Below, piece after piece: positions 39,835 to 49,657 of a stretch of DNA of 64,000 bases. The stretch lies in the IMG/VR virus record IMGVR_UViG_3300042923_000601, positions 182,690 to 246,689 of that record; one strand, written 5' to 3'. Numbering within the stretch: position 1 is the stretch's first letter; each line of letters starts with the position of its first letter. The notes under the pieces are model-generated. The model ran no database searches. It saw only the letters and a program-made list of their open reading frames with translations, and was not told the origin of the DNA. A program made the translations under genes and the position numbers.

Positions 39835-40674
39835 TTACTGGCGGGCTAATGTATAATTCAATTTAAACCGAGTAGGTTTCACCATCATCTGCCGAGGCTG
39901 ACTAACACCTCTTAGACTTCGGATAACGCAAATCTTTATTTCGTTAAGTACATTCAGCGCAAGGTCAAGCTCTGCAATCGCAGTCGGTATAACCCCGGAA
40001 TCCCTAACGTAAGCCAGTAGCTTATCAGGTGCCATATTGATAATAGGCCCCGTGTAAGGCGGCATATAATATTCCAAAATATAATGTGCAGTAATCTCGT
40101 TAATCGTGCTTAATACAGTGGGATAAATCTTCTGTAAGAAGTGATGGTATGCCCTGCTATACCGGCGGCGAGGCTGAGCATCAGATGCCCTGGCCAGCTG
40201 CACAAATAGCGGTGATGCCAATTTGCATAGTAGTGCACCGGCGTATAAGTCTTCCAGTGAACACACTTTATCCTTGATCTTGGATGTGAGTAGCGCGTAC
40301 TCAGCATCCAGTTTCTTCTTACGGATCGGGCTATACATAAGCTGCCCGAGTGACATACTCATTGCTTTAGATAATAACAGAGAGGTTCCGAATGCGACAG
40401 TGATTCGTGCAACCATCGCATCGAACTCCTCCTCTGTATATGACGTTTTCTGTGTAATCTCCTTCGACAATTTAGTATAAAGCCGGAGGAGTTCCTTTGA
40501 GGTGTCATGTTGCATGGTGAAATAAATGATGTAACGCTTGAGCGAGAATTTTGATTTACTAAGCGTAATGGATTTACGGTTTCCAATGACCAGTTGATCT
40601 ACAAATTCCTCCACTGTGCGGTCAGCCATAAGGACAATATTCCACGTATCAATTGACCGGTTCATAATTGTCAT
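39835..40674 (-). CDS. truncated paralog of the sigma-like RNAP subunit
   Basis: IIYFTMQHDTSKELLRLY..SYTEEEF..KLASPL aligns with INFLMMYYDEDKELLTAY..TYTYNSF..KIAIPI in 61947..63452. Confidence 0.6.
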   Translation of the reverse strand: MTIMNRSIDTWNIVLMADRTVEEFVDQLVIGNRKSITLSKSKFSLKRYIIYFTMQHDTSKELLRLYTKLSKEITQKTSYTEEEFDAMVARITVAFGTSLLLSKAMSMSLGQLMYSPIRKKKLDAEYALLTSKIKDKVCSLEDLYAGALLCKLASPLFVQLARASDAQPRRRYSRAYHHFLQKIYPTVLSTINEITAHYILEYYMPPYTGPIINMAPDKLLAYVRDSGVIPTAIAELDLALNVLNEIKICVIRSLRGVSQPRQMMVKPTRFKLNYTLARQ

Positions 40675-40698
40675 AGTGTATTCGCTCCCTTGGTCAAG

Positions 40699-41019
40699 TT
40701 AGTTCAGGACGACAGCGCGACGATCCTTACACTCATATTGACTGTACCGTTTAGCACGGAGACCGTGTATATGAATGTCGGGAAACTCGAACTGTAGATA
40801 CGCTGCGATTTCTTGACCAAATATACGAATAAGGACGTGAACATCGGTCACATTGAACTTCTTTACGATGTCAGCAGAAGCCTTTAACTTGTCATCAAAC
40901 TTTCCTACGCTAATAATCTCTTCTTCACGGTTCTGGAAATCCAGAACCCGGACGACCATCTCTGATGGCTCATCAAATTCAACATTATCAATTGTCATCA
41001 TAACATGTCTCATGGACAA
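40699..41019 (-). CDS. hypothetical protein
   Basis: AAGGAGG RBS. Confidence 0.65.
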   Translation of the reverse strand: MSMRHVMMTIDNVEFDEPSEMVVRVLDFQNREEEIISVGKFDDKLKASADIVKKFNVTDVHVLIRIFGQEIAAYLQFEFPDIHIHGLRAKRYSQYECKDRRAVVLN

Positions 41020-41073
41020 TGCCCTCCTTTAGTATTAGGGTGACATTGTATAGGGTGAGCGCTTGCTATGGAA

Positions 41074-41724
41074 TTATCCTTGAACCAAATCGTTGTCGTC
41101 GGCAATAGTTGGCATGTAAGTACTTACGAAGTAATCCTCCATGCCCTTAGCGATTGCATACGCGTCTTCATTGGTGACAGTTGTCCCGTTCTTCACGTAG
41201 TTGCGCTGGATGAATTCCATAAAGAAGCGATGCATTGGTGTGAGTGTGTTGATCGCGTCCATTCGAACAACGTCGGGGATTTTCGCATCACCGGCCTTGT
41301 AATATTCATCTAACTGGTCATTACTGGCTTTCACCAGAGCTTTACGTTTGTCTGATACTTCGCCGGTTGGTACAAGTAGTCCCTCACCGTATACTCCTTT
41401 CACAGCAGTATCATACGCTTTTTCGGCCGCAGGCCAGTTTGCCACTGGTAAATCTGCCGTTGGTTGGGTGACATCAACGCTTGTATGCTGATCAAGGAAT
41501 AACTCTTCTGAACTAAGGTCGATGCGAAATCCAGGGTCCTCATCAAGTGTACTTCGATCTGGAGCCCATACTCTGACAATGTTTGTTTCCATGTCGGTAT
41601 CATACTCAACGCGAGCAATATCGCGCTGGTTAAACGCTACCCAGATACCAGGTTTATGCGGGTCAGAATTTTCTCCGACCGTGATATGGCCTTTTGGTGT
41701 TTGAACTGAGAATTGGGTTTCCAC
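41074..41724 (-). CDS. hypothetical two-domain protein
   Basis: GGGAGG RBS before GTG 41724; the upstream extension in the track runs through a terminator. Confidence 0.65.
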   Translation of the reverse strand: METQFSVQTPKGHITVGENSDPHKPGIWVAFNQRDIARVEYDTDMETNIVRVWAPDRSTLDEDPGFRIDLSSEELFLDQHTSVDVTQPTADLPVANWPAAEKAYDTAVKGVYGEGLLVPTGEVSDKRKALVKASNDQLDEYYKAGDAKIPDVVRMDAINTLTPMHRFFMEFIQRNYVKNGTTVTNEDAYAIAKGMEDYFVSTYMPTIADDNDLVQG

Positions 41725-41764
41725 TATTAAAATCCTCCCTGAGTATATGTGTACTTTGGCTCGC

Positions 41765-41803
41765 AAAAATAAAAGGCTAGTGGCGTAAATGCCACTAGCC
41801 TTT
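41765..41803 (-). terminator. intrinsic terminator
   Basis: aaaggctagtggc..gccactagccttt with A-tract on the plus strand. Confidence 0.75.
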
Positions 41804-41823
41804 ATTGATGCTTTGGGCAAAGA

Positions 41824-42474
41824 CTATTCGATATCATCGTCGTCTTCGTCCTGGTCGTCGGAGAAGAATGCGATGACCTGTTGAGGATCAAAGCCTTCGC
41901 TGTCGTGCGACCGGTGGATATGTGAGAATACTACAGTTCTGCGGCTTTCCTTGTACTTCTTGCGGTTACCTTTACCCTTCTTGACACGGACGGTTTCTTC
42001 GACTGTATCCACCCGGAAGTGAATGTCTTGGAAGTTCGTGTCCGTAACGATTGCAGCGGCAATGTCAGTATTGAAGATCAGGTCAACCGTTTTCTTGTTT
42101 TCGATCAGTTCAACCGCATAAGTAGGTCGGCCAGTTTTTTCGTCCGGATGGTAGAAACCCAGATCGCGCAGGACGCCGGTAGCACGGTCGCTCAAACGGA
42201 ATTTGTGCTCTGTGCGACCAAGCATGGTCAAGCCAGCAGAGATCGTTTGTGCTTGGTTGAAGATTTCGGATTCCTTGTCAACTACGACGCGGATTTCAAG
42301 CTTCTTCAGAGCCGTTTGTTCGATGTATGTCTTGCGAATGTCGTCGGGTGTTGCACCCATCATAATCAGCGCCTTAGCAGTAAATTCACTGAATACCTCA
42401 GGGCCGACTTTGAAGACATTAATCTTCGGCTCTTCGGCAAGACCTCTTACTTCATCCAACACTTGGTTACTCAT
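41824..42474 (-). CDS. likely highly expressed early protein with acidic C-terminal tail (possible nucleic-acid-binding protein)
   Basis: Own early motif and terminator; biased codons; Lys-rich loop; DDQDEDDDDIE tail. Confidence 0.65.
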   Translation of the reverse strand: MSNQVLDEVRGLAEEPKINVFKVGPEVFSEFTAKALIMMGATPDDIRKTYIEQTALKKLEIRVVVDKESEIFNQAQTISAGLTMLGRTEHKFRLSDRATGVLRDLGFYHPDEKTGRPTYAVELIENKKTVDLIFNTDIAAAIVTDTNFQDIHFRVDTVEETVRVKKGKGNRKKYKESRRTVVFSHIHRSHDSEGFDPQQVIAFFSDDQDEDDDDIE

Positions 42475-42547
42475 TTAGAATTTCTCCCTTCAAAATAGTT
42501 CTTATTAGAATGTAGAGACTATATTTATTTATTACATATGAGTCTCG

Positions 42548-42567
42548 GTTCACATCTATAATATATA
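42548..42567 (-). promoter_or_regulatory. early-type promoter motif
   Basis: minus strand tatatattatagatgtgaac. Confidence 0.7.
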
Positions 42568-42590
42568 GTCGTATAGTTAATCGAATATAA

Positions 42591-43079
42591 TTATTGCAGC
42601 TGTCGAACTACTGGGACGAACGGATTATCAGCATCTACGATCATCGCTTCTACTTGATCTTTCCATCTTGCACGGCCTACAATAACGTCGTCCTCAATCG
42701 CATCGGCTGTACGGCCCAGCGATATAACACCATGTTCAGCAATACCATCAAGCACGGCCTCAAGGGTTTCAATCGCCCGGATAAACCCACTAGCAATCGG
42801 TGGGTTATCCTCATTAAGACTCAGTTGGCCTACGAGTATCTCGGTCATATCCTTTGCAAATTCTTGCACGTAGGATACGTCGAGTATAAAGTCAGTGTAT
42901 CGGTTAATAGTTGCGTCGATTCGGATCACGTCGGGGAGTCTAGGCACGCCCATGACACAAATGAAGTATGTCCATTTATCCTTAGAAGCCATGGAAGGCA
43001 CAATGCCAATACGCGGTATCCCCGGAAGACTAGACTGTATTTTATGAATGATTTCATTTGCAGTCATTGGGTACTGCAT
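42591..43079 (-). CDS. hypothetical protein
   Basis: GAGGTG RBS; coupled to upstream gene. Confidence 0.65.
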   Translation of the reverse strand: MQYPMTANEIIHKIQSSLPGIPRIGIVPSMASKDKWTYFICVMGVPRLPDVIRIDATINRYTDFILDVSYVQEFAKDMTEILVGQLSLNEDNPPIASGFIRAIETLEAVLDGIAEHGVISLGRTADAIEDDVIVGRARWKDQVEAMIVDADNPFVPVVRQLQ

Positions 43080-43080
43080 A

Positions 43081-43383
43081 TTACTTCACCTCTTCAAGAA
43101 GATGTGGTTCAAGGATATTCCAAAGGATGGAATCCCTAGTACTGATCCGAACAGGTTCTGGTTTAGTAAATGTGCTGTGTGCAACAATATCACTGATGTC
43201 TACGATTGTGTTATCTTTACGCCGAACAGTGGCTTTAAGAGTCCATGCTTCATCGTTCTGAAAATAGAATATATAAGAGAAAAACGTACTTGGCGTTTCT
43301 CCTTTCTCGTCAAAGTCAGGAGCATTAAGAAAACCGAGATCACGGAAGAAACCAAGCGTCTTTTTACCTGTAACTCTAAACAT
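43081..43383 (-). CDS. hypothetical protein
   Basis: Fits the operon between the SLOG gene and 43079. Confidence 0.6.
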   Translation of the reverse strand: MFRVTGKKTLGFFRDLGFLNAPDFDEKGETPSTFFSYIFYFQNDEAWTLKATVRRKDNTIVDISDIVAHSTFTKPEPVRISTRDSILWNILEPHLLEEVK

Positions 43384-43389
43384 AGTAAA

Positions 43390-44016
43390 TCATCCCTTCG
43401 TTTTATTAATTAGAATATCCCGATGTGTCATCGGTTTGATAATAACGACAGGTACATTTCTTGAGTTAGCATAATTAATACAGTGTGACGTTCCACCTTG
43501 GCGGCCATTCCATACAGCAATCATTAAATCAGCCATATTCACCATGTGCTTATTCCGGTCTAGAAGTTTCTTCTTATGAAACTCGCCAAATTCTACACCT
43601 GGTACTTGATATGCAGGTATACCGTCTACATAGATGCAGTTATCTGCTAGGGCCAATTGTTCACGATACCGATCACAATCTTTTGGACCCCATCTGCTAT
43701 CTTGATTCTCAAAAGGGACAGATACGATAATTTTGATCGTATACTTAGCACCCAGTGCTTCGCGCAAATCCCATACGGCTTGAAATGCCATTTGGTCAAT
43801 GCCTATTGCGCCGCCCATGACAAAGTGGAATTCTGTAACGCCATTTAGAGCCTGCTCTTGCATAACCTTTAGAATGGCGTATTTAAGTTGCAGCAAAATG
43901 GCAGCGTATAATGGGCTACCCCATACGACATGCCCCATGTGTTGAGGCCGGTGACCTGTAAACCCAATGACGAACTTCTTCCTATTGGGGTTAAGAATTA
44001 ATCGAATCTGACTCAT
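43390..44016 (-). CDS. SLOG-family (YspA/DUF1273) nucleotide-binding protein
   Basis: FTGHRP..GGAIGIDQ..VPFENQDSRW..RNKHMV..AVWNG..GGTSHCINYA. Confidence 0.85.
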   Translation of the reverse strand: MSQIRLILNPNRKKFVIGFTGHRPQHMGHVVWGSPLYAAILLQLKYAILKVMQEQALNGVTEFHFVMGGAIGIDQMAFQAVWDLREALGAKYTIKIIVSVPFENQDSRWGPKDCDRYREQLALADNCIYVDGIPAYQVPGVEFGEFHKKKLLDRNKHMVNMADLMIAVWNGRQGGTSHCINYANSRNVPVVIIKPMTHRDILINKTKG

Positions 44017-44078
44017 ATCATTCCTCCAGTCGTATAAATTTGAATATAGGAGACCTAAATCTCCTATATTCGCAATGG

Positions 44079-45125
44079 TTATTTACCTAAAAGTACAAGA
44101 CTCAGCATGTTTCGGACGCCTTTGATTTGCTCGCGGTTAATCTTCAGGACAGTCGAGAACGGAGATGCCGCATAGAATTCCTGAAAGTTAAACGTTGAGT
44201 CGTATTCAAGCACAGCTCCGAGATAAAGTTTAAAGGCGCTAAGGATATTAGACCTGAGGTCAATGTGGTCCTTATAAGCAGCCTTCTCTTTTTCCGTCAT
44301 ATGATGGTTGTATAGATATTTCATTTCTATTAGCTCGTTTATGAAGTAGAGTTCCGCCAGATAAGGTTTCATCTCTTCATAGCGCCCACTCTCATTATAA
44401 AGCTTTAAAAGACGATTGACTTTCCGGAATGCATCAGGTAAGTCCGCCTTAAGGTTCTTCTTAATGAGAATCGCGCCTTCCTTATCAATTGTGAACTTGT
44501 ACCGGTTAGGCGTGAGCGCGGTCTTAATCCGCTCAAAGGTTTCCTTCACACCTTCCTCAAGCAGCGTGTCCTTAGTGACCGTCCCTTCCTCCCACTCATA
44601 CGCTTCCGTCAGCGGAGTCGCTGGTTTGTAGGATTCGATGTTATGTGTAATCACAGTAGGACTGTACGGGTCAAGGAATGGATTCCATAAGAAATCTGTC
44701 AGAAGTTGGCCATAAAGTGTGCGTTCATACATCGTGTCACATGTACGAAACTTCTCATACAGCTCAAACACTCTCTTCTGCCAAGCCGGAAACATCACCT
44801 CAGTCTTGAATTTCATTGGAGACCCTTCATTGTCATGTGTCCCATTTAAGTACCCAGTAAGGAAGACATGGAGTGTTTGAATGTCAGACGCATAGACCAT
44901 ATAGTCTGCTGCCAGCTGTGCAATCTTATCACGCTCAAACATGTCGGTTAGCTCAGGTACGGTAAGTAGATAATCAACAAAGCTGTTACGGTCGAGTGTT
45001 AGTCTGTTGTAGAACCCTGACCAACCGAATGCGACGTTCGCCTTGATGATTCGCTCATCGGTGAAGCACGGATAGAAGCCAGTGGATAAGTTAGTTGTAG
45101 GTTCCGTCGAAGTAACTTGTGTCAA
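44079..45125 (-). CDS. putative virion protein
   Basis: LTEA/LLEE sites; co-transcribed with the DUF6582-like gene. Confidence 0.5.
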   Translation of the reverse strand: MTQVTSTEPTTNLSTGFYPCFTDERIIKANVAFGWSGFYNRLTLDRNSFVDYLLTVPELTDMFERDKIAQLAADYMVYASDIQTLHVFLTGYLNGTHDNEGSPMKFKTEVMFPAWQKRVFELYEKFRTCDTMYERTLYGQLLTDFLWNPFLDPYSPTVITHNIESYKPATPLTEAYEWEEGTVTKDTLLEEGVKETFERIKTALTPNRYKFTIDKEGAILIKKNLKADLPDAFRKVNRLLKLYNESGRYEEMKPYLAELYFINELIEMKYLYNHHMTEKEKAAYKDHIDLRSNILSAFKLYLGAVLEYDSTFNFQEFYAASPFSTVLKINREQIKGVRNMLSLVLLGK

Positions 45126-46095
45126 TGTGTCTCACTCCTTTATCAATGAGAGTCGCTTTAATGTCTTTAGCGAAGATGGTGGAGCTTGGGTTGGAATAGT
45201 CCATTGACGGGAGATCGCAATCACCAAGGATTTCATCGTACTTATCATTCAGATTAGAGTCTTGGATCACCTTGTACAGTTCATCCGTCTTGAACCCAAG
45301 GTCAAGAAGCTTCTGAGCATCTTCGAGTGAACGAGATGCATCAAACGACTCCTGCAGGAAGTCACTATACGTTTTCCAAGATTCAATCATCAGACGATCA
45401 TATCCCGGATTACGAACACCTTGCACATAGAGTTCATTCCATTCCCGTAAAAGGGAGCAGAACTGAATGTGCTGAATGTTAGTGGCTGGGCCAATGTGAG
45501 ACGCCTCATTGACTGCTCCGTTATATTTGAGCAGGGGAGAGGTCACACATTCATTCAACCCGCCATTATTAATGCGAAGGTTGGACGTTGGCACCGGGAA
45601 ATCATCATACGCCAGTGTATACCCGTCATATTCAGAGTCCGGGATATCTTCGTTGATGATAAAGGATTTGAGCGTACCCAGAAGCTTGAGTTTACCTTTA
45701 TAGTCATCTGGGATTGCAGAGTCCATATCGTCTACGTCGCTAAGCCCATCCCGCACCATAAGCGATTCGAGATTAAGCATCGCTTCCTCATTCAAAAGAG
45801 GCGATATGTAGCTCAGTGTTCTGAGTGAAATCAGCTCTGTAGACTCGTTAATCATTCTCATCTTCTCAGGTACATACTTCCACAGTGGGTTCTTTTTAGA
45901 GACCTTCAGATCAGAACCCAGCTGCTTATGGCGACGGATGATATTGCTGGCCAGTTCCTTACGATCTTTCTCATCTGCAGTATGGAAGTATGCAACCGCA
46001 GCCTTGAGTCTTTTCTCATCAGGCATTGGGAATTTACGAACATCCGGCAGACCAAATTGACCCAGTGGAATCGACATCAGTTCATTATGCTTCAT
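45091..46095 (-). CDS. virion protein with N-terminal DUF6582-like domain
   Basis: FGLPDVRKFPMPDEKRLKAAVAYF..ELASNI; INES, LNEE, VNEA, LQES sites. Confidence 0.65.
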   Translation of the reverse strand: MKHNELMSIPLGQFGLPDVRKFPMPDEKRLKAAVAYFHTADEKDRKELASNIIRRHKQLGSDLKVSKKNPLWKYVPEKMRMINESTELISLRTLSYISPLLNEEAMLNLESLMVRDGLSDVDDMDSAIPDDYKGKLKLLGTLKSFIINEDIPDSEYDGYTLAYDDFPVPTSNLRINNGGLNECVTSPLLKYNGAVNEASHIGPATNIQHIQFCSLLREWNELYVQGVRNPGYDRLMIESWKTYSDFLQESFDASRSLEDAQKLLDLGFKTDELYKVIQDSNLNDKYDEILGDCDLPSMDYSNPSSTIFAKDIKATLIDKGVRHIDTSYFDGTYN

Positions 46096-46121
46096 TTCAA
46101 ATACCTCCTCAGAGATTTAGA

Positions 46122-47459
46122 TTATCGAATGGTATTAAGTAGAAGATCAGTGTCATCGGCATGACCCGAAAGTCCTTTATTTACACGCATCGTTCTGTAC
46201 TTAATGAAATCTGGGTTCATTGCAATATCGAGAAGCGTATAATGCTTCTTCCGGTCAAAGGTAGCATCAAACACCTTGACAATAGCATCGAGGTCAGTGA
46301 GTACCTCAAACTTTTTCTTGGTCTTAACGGCTTCAACCAGCTCTGCCATGTCCTTATCGAGGCTGAGTTCGCCGATATACTTATATGTGCAGATGAAGGT
46401 GTCTCTGAGGGTTTTTAACTCCTTAGCAGTGACATACTTGAAGGTATGAGTGTTAATGTCGAAGTGAATCATGTTGTCAAAGCTATCTCTTGACGTGATG
46501 CCAATATCAATCTCACCGACAAGGTGCTTATTAACATCCCCGAAGAAGTGGAAGTATACATCATCAGGAGCCTCTTTGCCCATCATTTTCTGACCGGCAA
46601 TCTCCATATCATGCATCCACAGATCAAGAGGATCGCCCGCCTCGGTTAGCAATTGAGCACTCAGAGACGCGTCCATATCGGATTCATTAATCACAACCAG
46701 ACGCTTAGGCGTCTTTTCCTGCTGACGTTCGATGATTTCAAATAGGAACTTCAGGAAAGGGCCGAAGTCGTTATCTGTAATCTTGATGTAGTTGAAGTCT
46801 GTTGTTGCGATGATTGCCTTTTCCTTAGCCTGATCCTTACGAACATCAACGGCTTGGAACTTAGGATGCGTGTTCGGATTCTTCCCACCATGCTTGATCT
46901 CCACAACCGTATTGATAATGTCAATATAGAAGTCGGGAATATGCCAGTGGGTTTCTCCGTCTAGCTCATAATAGACTGTATATGGGCAGGGTGCGAAGAT
47001 CGTATCCACATCAAAGGAGAGGAAGTTATCCAAGAACTCCAAGAATCTTCTCTCATATGAACCGACATACGGTATTGACCGTTTGCCGTTACTCCACATA
47101 TACTCACCGGATATCTTCCGGTTTGCCATCATCTTCGTTTGATGGGCAGGGTCATTGAGAAGGTGGGGTACTCCGAATTTCTTAGTACTGCGCTCACGTG
47201 CCAGTTTAGCCATAGCCTCCCGGCACTTATCTTTGCCGCATAAAATCTTGGTCAACCCTGTTGCCTCGTCAAAGTCTGTTGGATCACTGCACACCCGGCA
47301 TCTGCCATGGGTATCACCCGCATGGTTTAGCGCGTAATAGTACTTGGCAGCCGACATGTGCTCTGGTATCTCATTAAAATGAGATGAATCCATGTGCTGC
47401 AAGACCTTATGTTTCTTATCGAAATACTTATTGCACACTGGGCATTTCATTTGATGCAC
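46122..47459 (-). CDS. C2H2 Zn-finger + PD-(D/E)xK (TnsA/head-completion-like) nuclease
   Basis: CPVC..H..H; CRVC; GSYERRF..IPDFYI..VEIK; INES/LTEA in the C-terminal part. Confidence 0.7.
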   Translation of the reverse strand: MHQMKCPVCNKYFDKKHKVLQHMDSSHFNEIPEHMSAAKYYYALNHAGDTHGRCRVCSDPTDFDEATGLTKILCGKDKCREAMAKLARERSTKKFGVPHLLNDPAHQTKMMANRKISGEYMWSNGKRSIPYVGSYERRFLEFLDNFLSFDVDTIFAPCPYTVYYELDGETHWHIPDFYIDIINTVVEIKHGGKNPNTHPKFQAVDVRKDQAKEKAIIATTDFNYIKITDNDFGPFLKFLFEIIERQQEKTPKRLVVINESDMDASLSAQLLTEAGDPLDLWMHDMEIAGQKMMGKEAPDDVYFHFFGDVNKHLVGEIDIGITSRDSFDNMIHFDINTHTFKYVTAKELKTLRDTFICTYKYIGELSLDKDMAELVEAVKTKKKFEVLTDLDAIVKVFDATFDRKKHYTLLDIAMNPDFIKYRTMRVNKGLSGHADDTDLLLNTIR

Positions 47460-47476
47460 TCCTCTCTAAGTACGTA

Positions 47477-47488
47477 TAATGTAATGTC
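47477..47488 (-). promoter_or_regulatory. late-type promoter motif GACA-N6-TA
   Basis: minus strand gaca-ttacat-ta; divergent AACA-N5-TA at 47514..47524 (+). Confidence 0.5.
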
Positions 47489-47559
47489 GAAAGATACCAG
47501 TTATAATATCAAAAACAATCAGTAAACCTTGTATGTAGAATGAAAAGGAGGTATGAATA

Positions 47560-47922
47560 ATGAGGGATGTCACCCTTGAAATCGACGATTTCTCCCGTAA
47601 CCGTATTATTACGGGTGCAACTGCAATGGCTCAGCAATTATACATTTTGCTAAATATGGACCCGGGTGATTGTGCTGATGATCCTGATAAGGGAATCGGT
47701 CTACGTCAATACAAAGTAGGGATACTTGAGGAAAACGGCCCCGCGTTACAAGAGGCTATTACTCGGCAGGTATCCCTGTATTGTGACTTCGAGACATCCG
47801 AGGTTCAGATCGGTAAACAAAACGGGGAATTGGTGATGGGTATCACATCACCATCGTTTGCAGAGATTCTTGTCTTCCAGACCAACAAGGATACCGTTTT
47901 AGCGTCTATTATCGACGGATAA
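47560..47922 (+). CDS. gp25/GPW-like baseplate (sheath initiator) protein
   Basis: LLNMDPGD..DPDKGIGL..Y pattern; 120 aa. Confidence 0.65.
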   Translation: MRDVTLEIDDFSRNRIITGATAMAQQLYILLNMDPGDCADDPDKGIGLRQYKVGILEENGPALQEAITRQVSLYCDFETSEVQIGKQNGELVMGITSPSFAEILVFQTNKDTVLASIIDG

Positions 47923-47989
47923 TTATTGATGTTAAAAAGTATGCCTGAAACAATCAAGAAATCGATTCTTATCCTTAGGAGGTTTTATC

Positions 47990-49657
47990 ATGGAGGGTCT
48001 CAACAACGACAACCAACAAGCTAAAACGGCAGAAGAACTGTCAAAACAACCAGCTGCTTCACGTGATCTTGACAGCATTATGCGTCAATATACAGACGAG
48101 CGGTTACCAGCAGCGGATGAAACTGGTGCTACCCGCCCAGCATCTGTGCTGCCACCTGAAATTGAAAATAGTGCAGACTTTAAAGCCCTTCCACCGGAAG
48201 AGCAGGCTCGGCTGCGTGCAGGCGGGTCATTCAACCCAATGGGTGCTGAGCTTGATGCGGTTGGAAGCCAGCAAGCTATGTTTGATATGATCAACGCTGC
48301 TCGCCTTCGCGACGGGAAAGAAATGCTTGAACCCGAAGTCGTTAAAGAAGGCGGGATTACCAAAGAGCTTCTCACCGAAGGACTTGCTGAACGCGATGAC
48401 CAGGCCGAAGAAGCCGATCGTGATCTTCAGGAACTGATCGGTGCTGTAACGAACGACCCGACGGCTGGGAGGGATCAAGACCCTGAAGCCGAAATGGAGC
48501 GTACACTCCGTGAATTTGAACGTCACCTTGAAGTGGGTACTCCGGTATACTTCAATGAGGATGATAAACCAACTAATCCAAAGAGCGCGGCTTACCCTGT
48601 TGTCGTGCGTCGGAATGAGGAGTATATTGATACCCTCAAAGACGCCCTTGACGCGAACGGCATCCAGTTCAAAACAAAGAAAAACAATGGCGCGCGCAAG
48701 GCGCTGCTGAAGGGCTTTACTCAGCGTAAAACCCATGTGTCTGTACCACTCGTGAATTCCGGCATCTATGTTACACTGGCCGGTGCGAACATCCCTGAAC
48801 TTATCCAAATGCAAAGTCTGGTGGAATCCGGTGGGGAAACAGTCACTGCTACTGAAATCCGCAAACTTGGTTTCGTTGTTAAACACCTGGTTGACAGCTC
48901 GGTCGGAAGTCATCTGTCCGTAAGCCAATTGACCAAACTGGTGTATTTCAAGGATCAGGATACGCTGTATTTCGATATGGTAGCAGCTACGTTCCCGGGC
49001 GAGAATGATTTCCCAATGACCTGTGAAAACGAAAAGTGCAAAGATTCGCTGATCCTCAAGGTATCCATCAATGACATGATCCTGAATGCTCATGAATTCC
49101 AAGAGGAAGCAAACTTTATCCTGTACGAAAACCAATCGGCTGATGACATCATCAAGAAGTCCGCTGTAAGCCGTGAAAAGCGGATTGTGCTGCCGAATGG
49201 CTTGATCCTTGGGGTGAAAAATCCTACGATCTATGACGTGCTGCACCTGAATACACTGATGGTTAAACTGCATGAGGGTGGTACTAAGCTTGACCAGTAC
49301 ACTAACATTCTCGGCTACCTTCAGTTCGTTAACTATATCGCCATCAAGGCAGAAGACGGGCCACACTATGAGAAGTTTACAGCTACAGCTGATACAGCTG
49401 ACGTTGCTGATCTTCTTGCAGCATGTGATACCGCTGATCTGGCGGCGCTGGATGAAGAAATCGAAGAATTCACGCCTACTAAGGGCTCGGTTCGTTACGG
49501 TTTCAAAGAATATACTTGCCCGAAATGCGGCCACGTGCACAAAGAACGTGCATGGAGCATGTCTGACATGCTTTTTACTTTAGCCAGCATGGAAGCAGCA
49601 AAGGAAAATATAGCGCGGCTGAACAAAAAGAAATTGAAAGACGCGACAACGAAGTAA
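47990..49657 (+). CDS. baseplate hub assembly / tail chaperone (T4 gp26/gp51-like) with acidic N-terminal region
   Basis: D.DTLYF..ATFP..C....C; PTIYD; C-terminal CPKCG. Confidence 0.6.
   Translation: MEGLNNDNQQAKTAEELSKQPAASRDLDSIMRQYTDERLPAADETGATRPASVLPPEIENSADFKALPPEEQARLRAGGSFNPMGAELDAVGSQQAMFDMINAARLRDGKEMLEPEVVKEGGITKELLTEGLAERDDQAEEADRDLQELIGAVTNDPTAGRDQDPEAEMERTLREFERHLEVGTPVYFNEDDKPTNPKSAAYPVVVRRNEEYIDTLKDALDANGIQFKTKKNNGARKALLKGFTQRKTHVSVPLVNSGIYVTLAGANIPELIQMQSLVESGGETVTATEIRKLGFVVKHLVDSSVGSHLSVSQLTKLVYFKDQDTLYFDMVAATFPGENDFPMTCENEKCKDSLILKVSINDMILNAHEFQEEANFILYENQSADDIIKKSAVSREKRIVLPNGLILGVKNPTIYDVLHLNTLMVKLHEGGTKLDQYTNILGYLQFVNYIAIKAEDGPHYEKFTATADTADVADLLAACDTADLAALDEEIEEFTPTKGSVRYGFKEYTCPKCGHVHKERAWSMSDMLFTLASMEAAKENIARLNKKKLKDATTK

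Noticed and set aside
48227-49540. 437-aa minus-strand ORF
   Set aside because: Antisense shadow of the hub/chaperone gene
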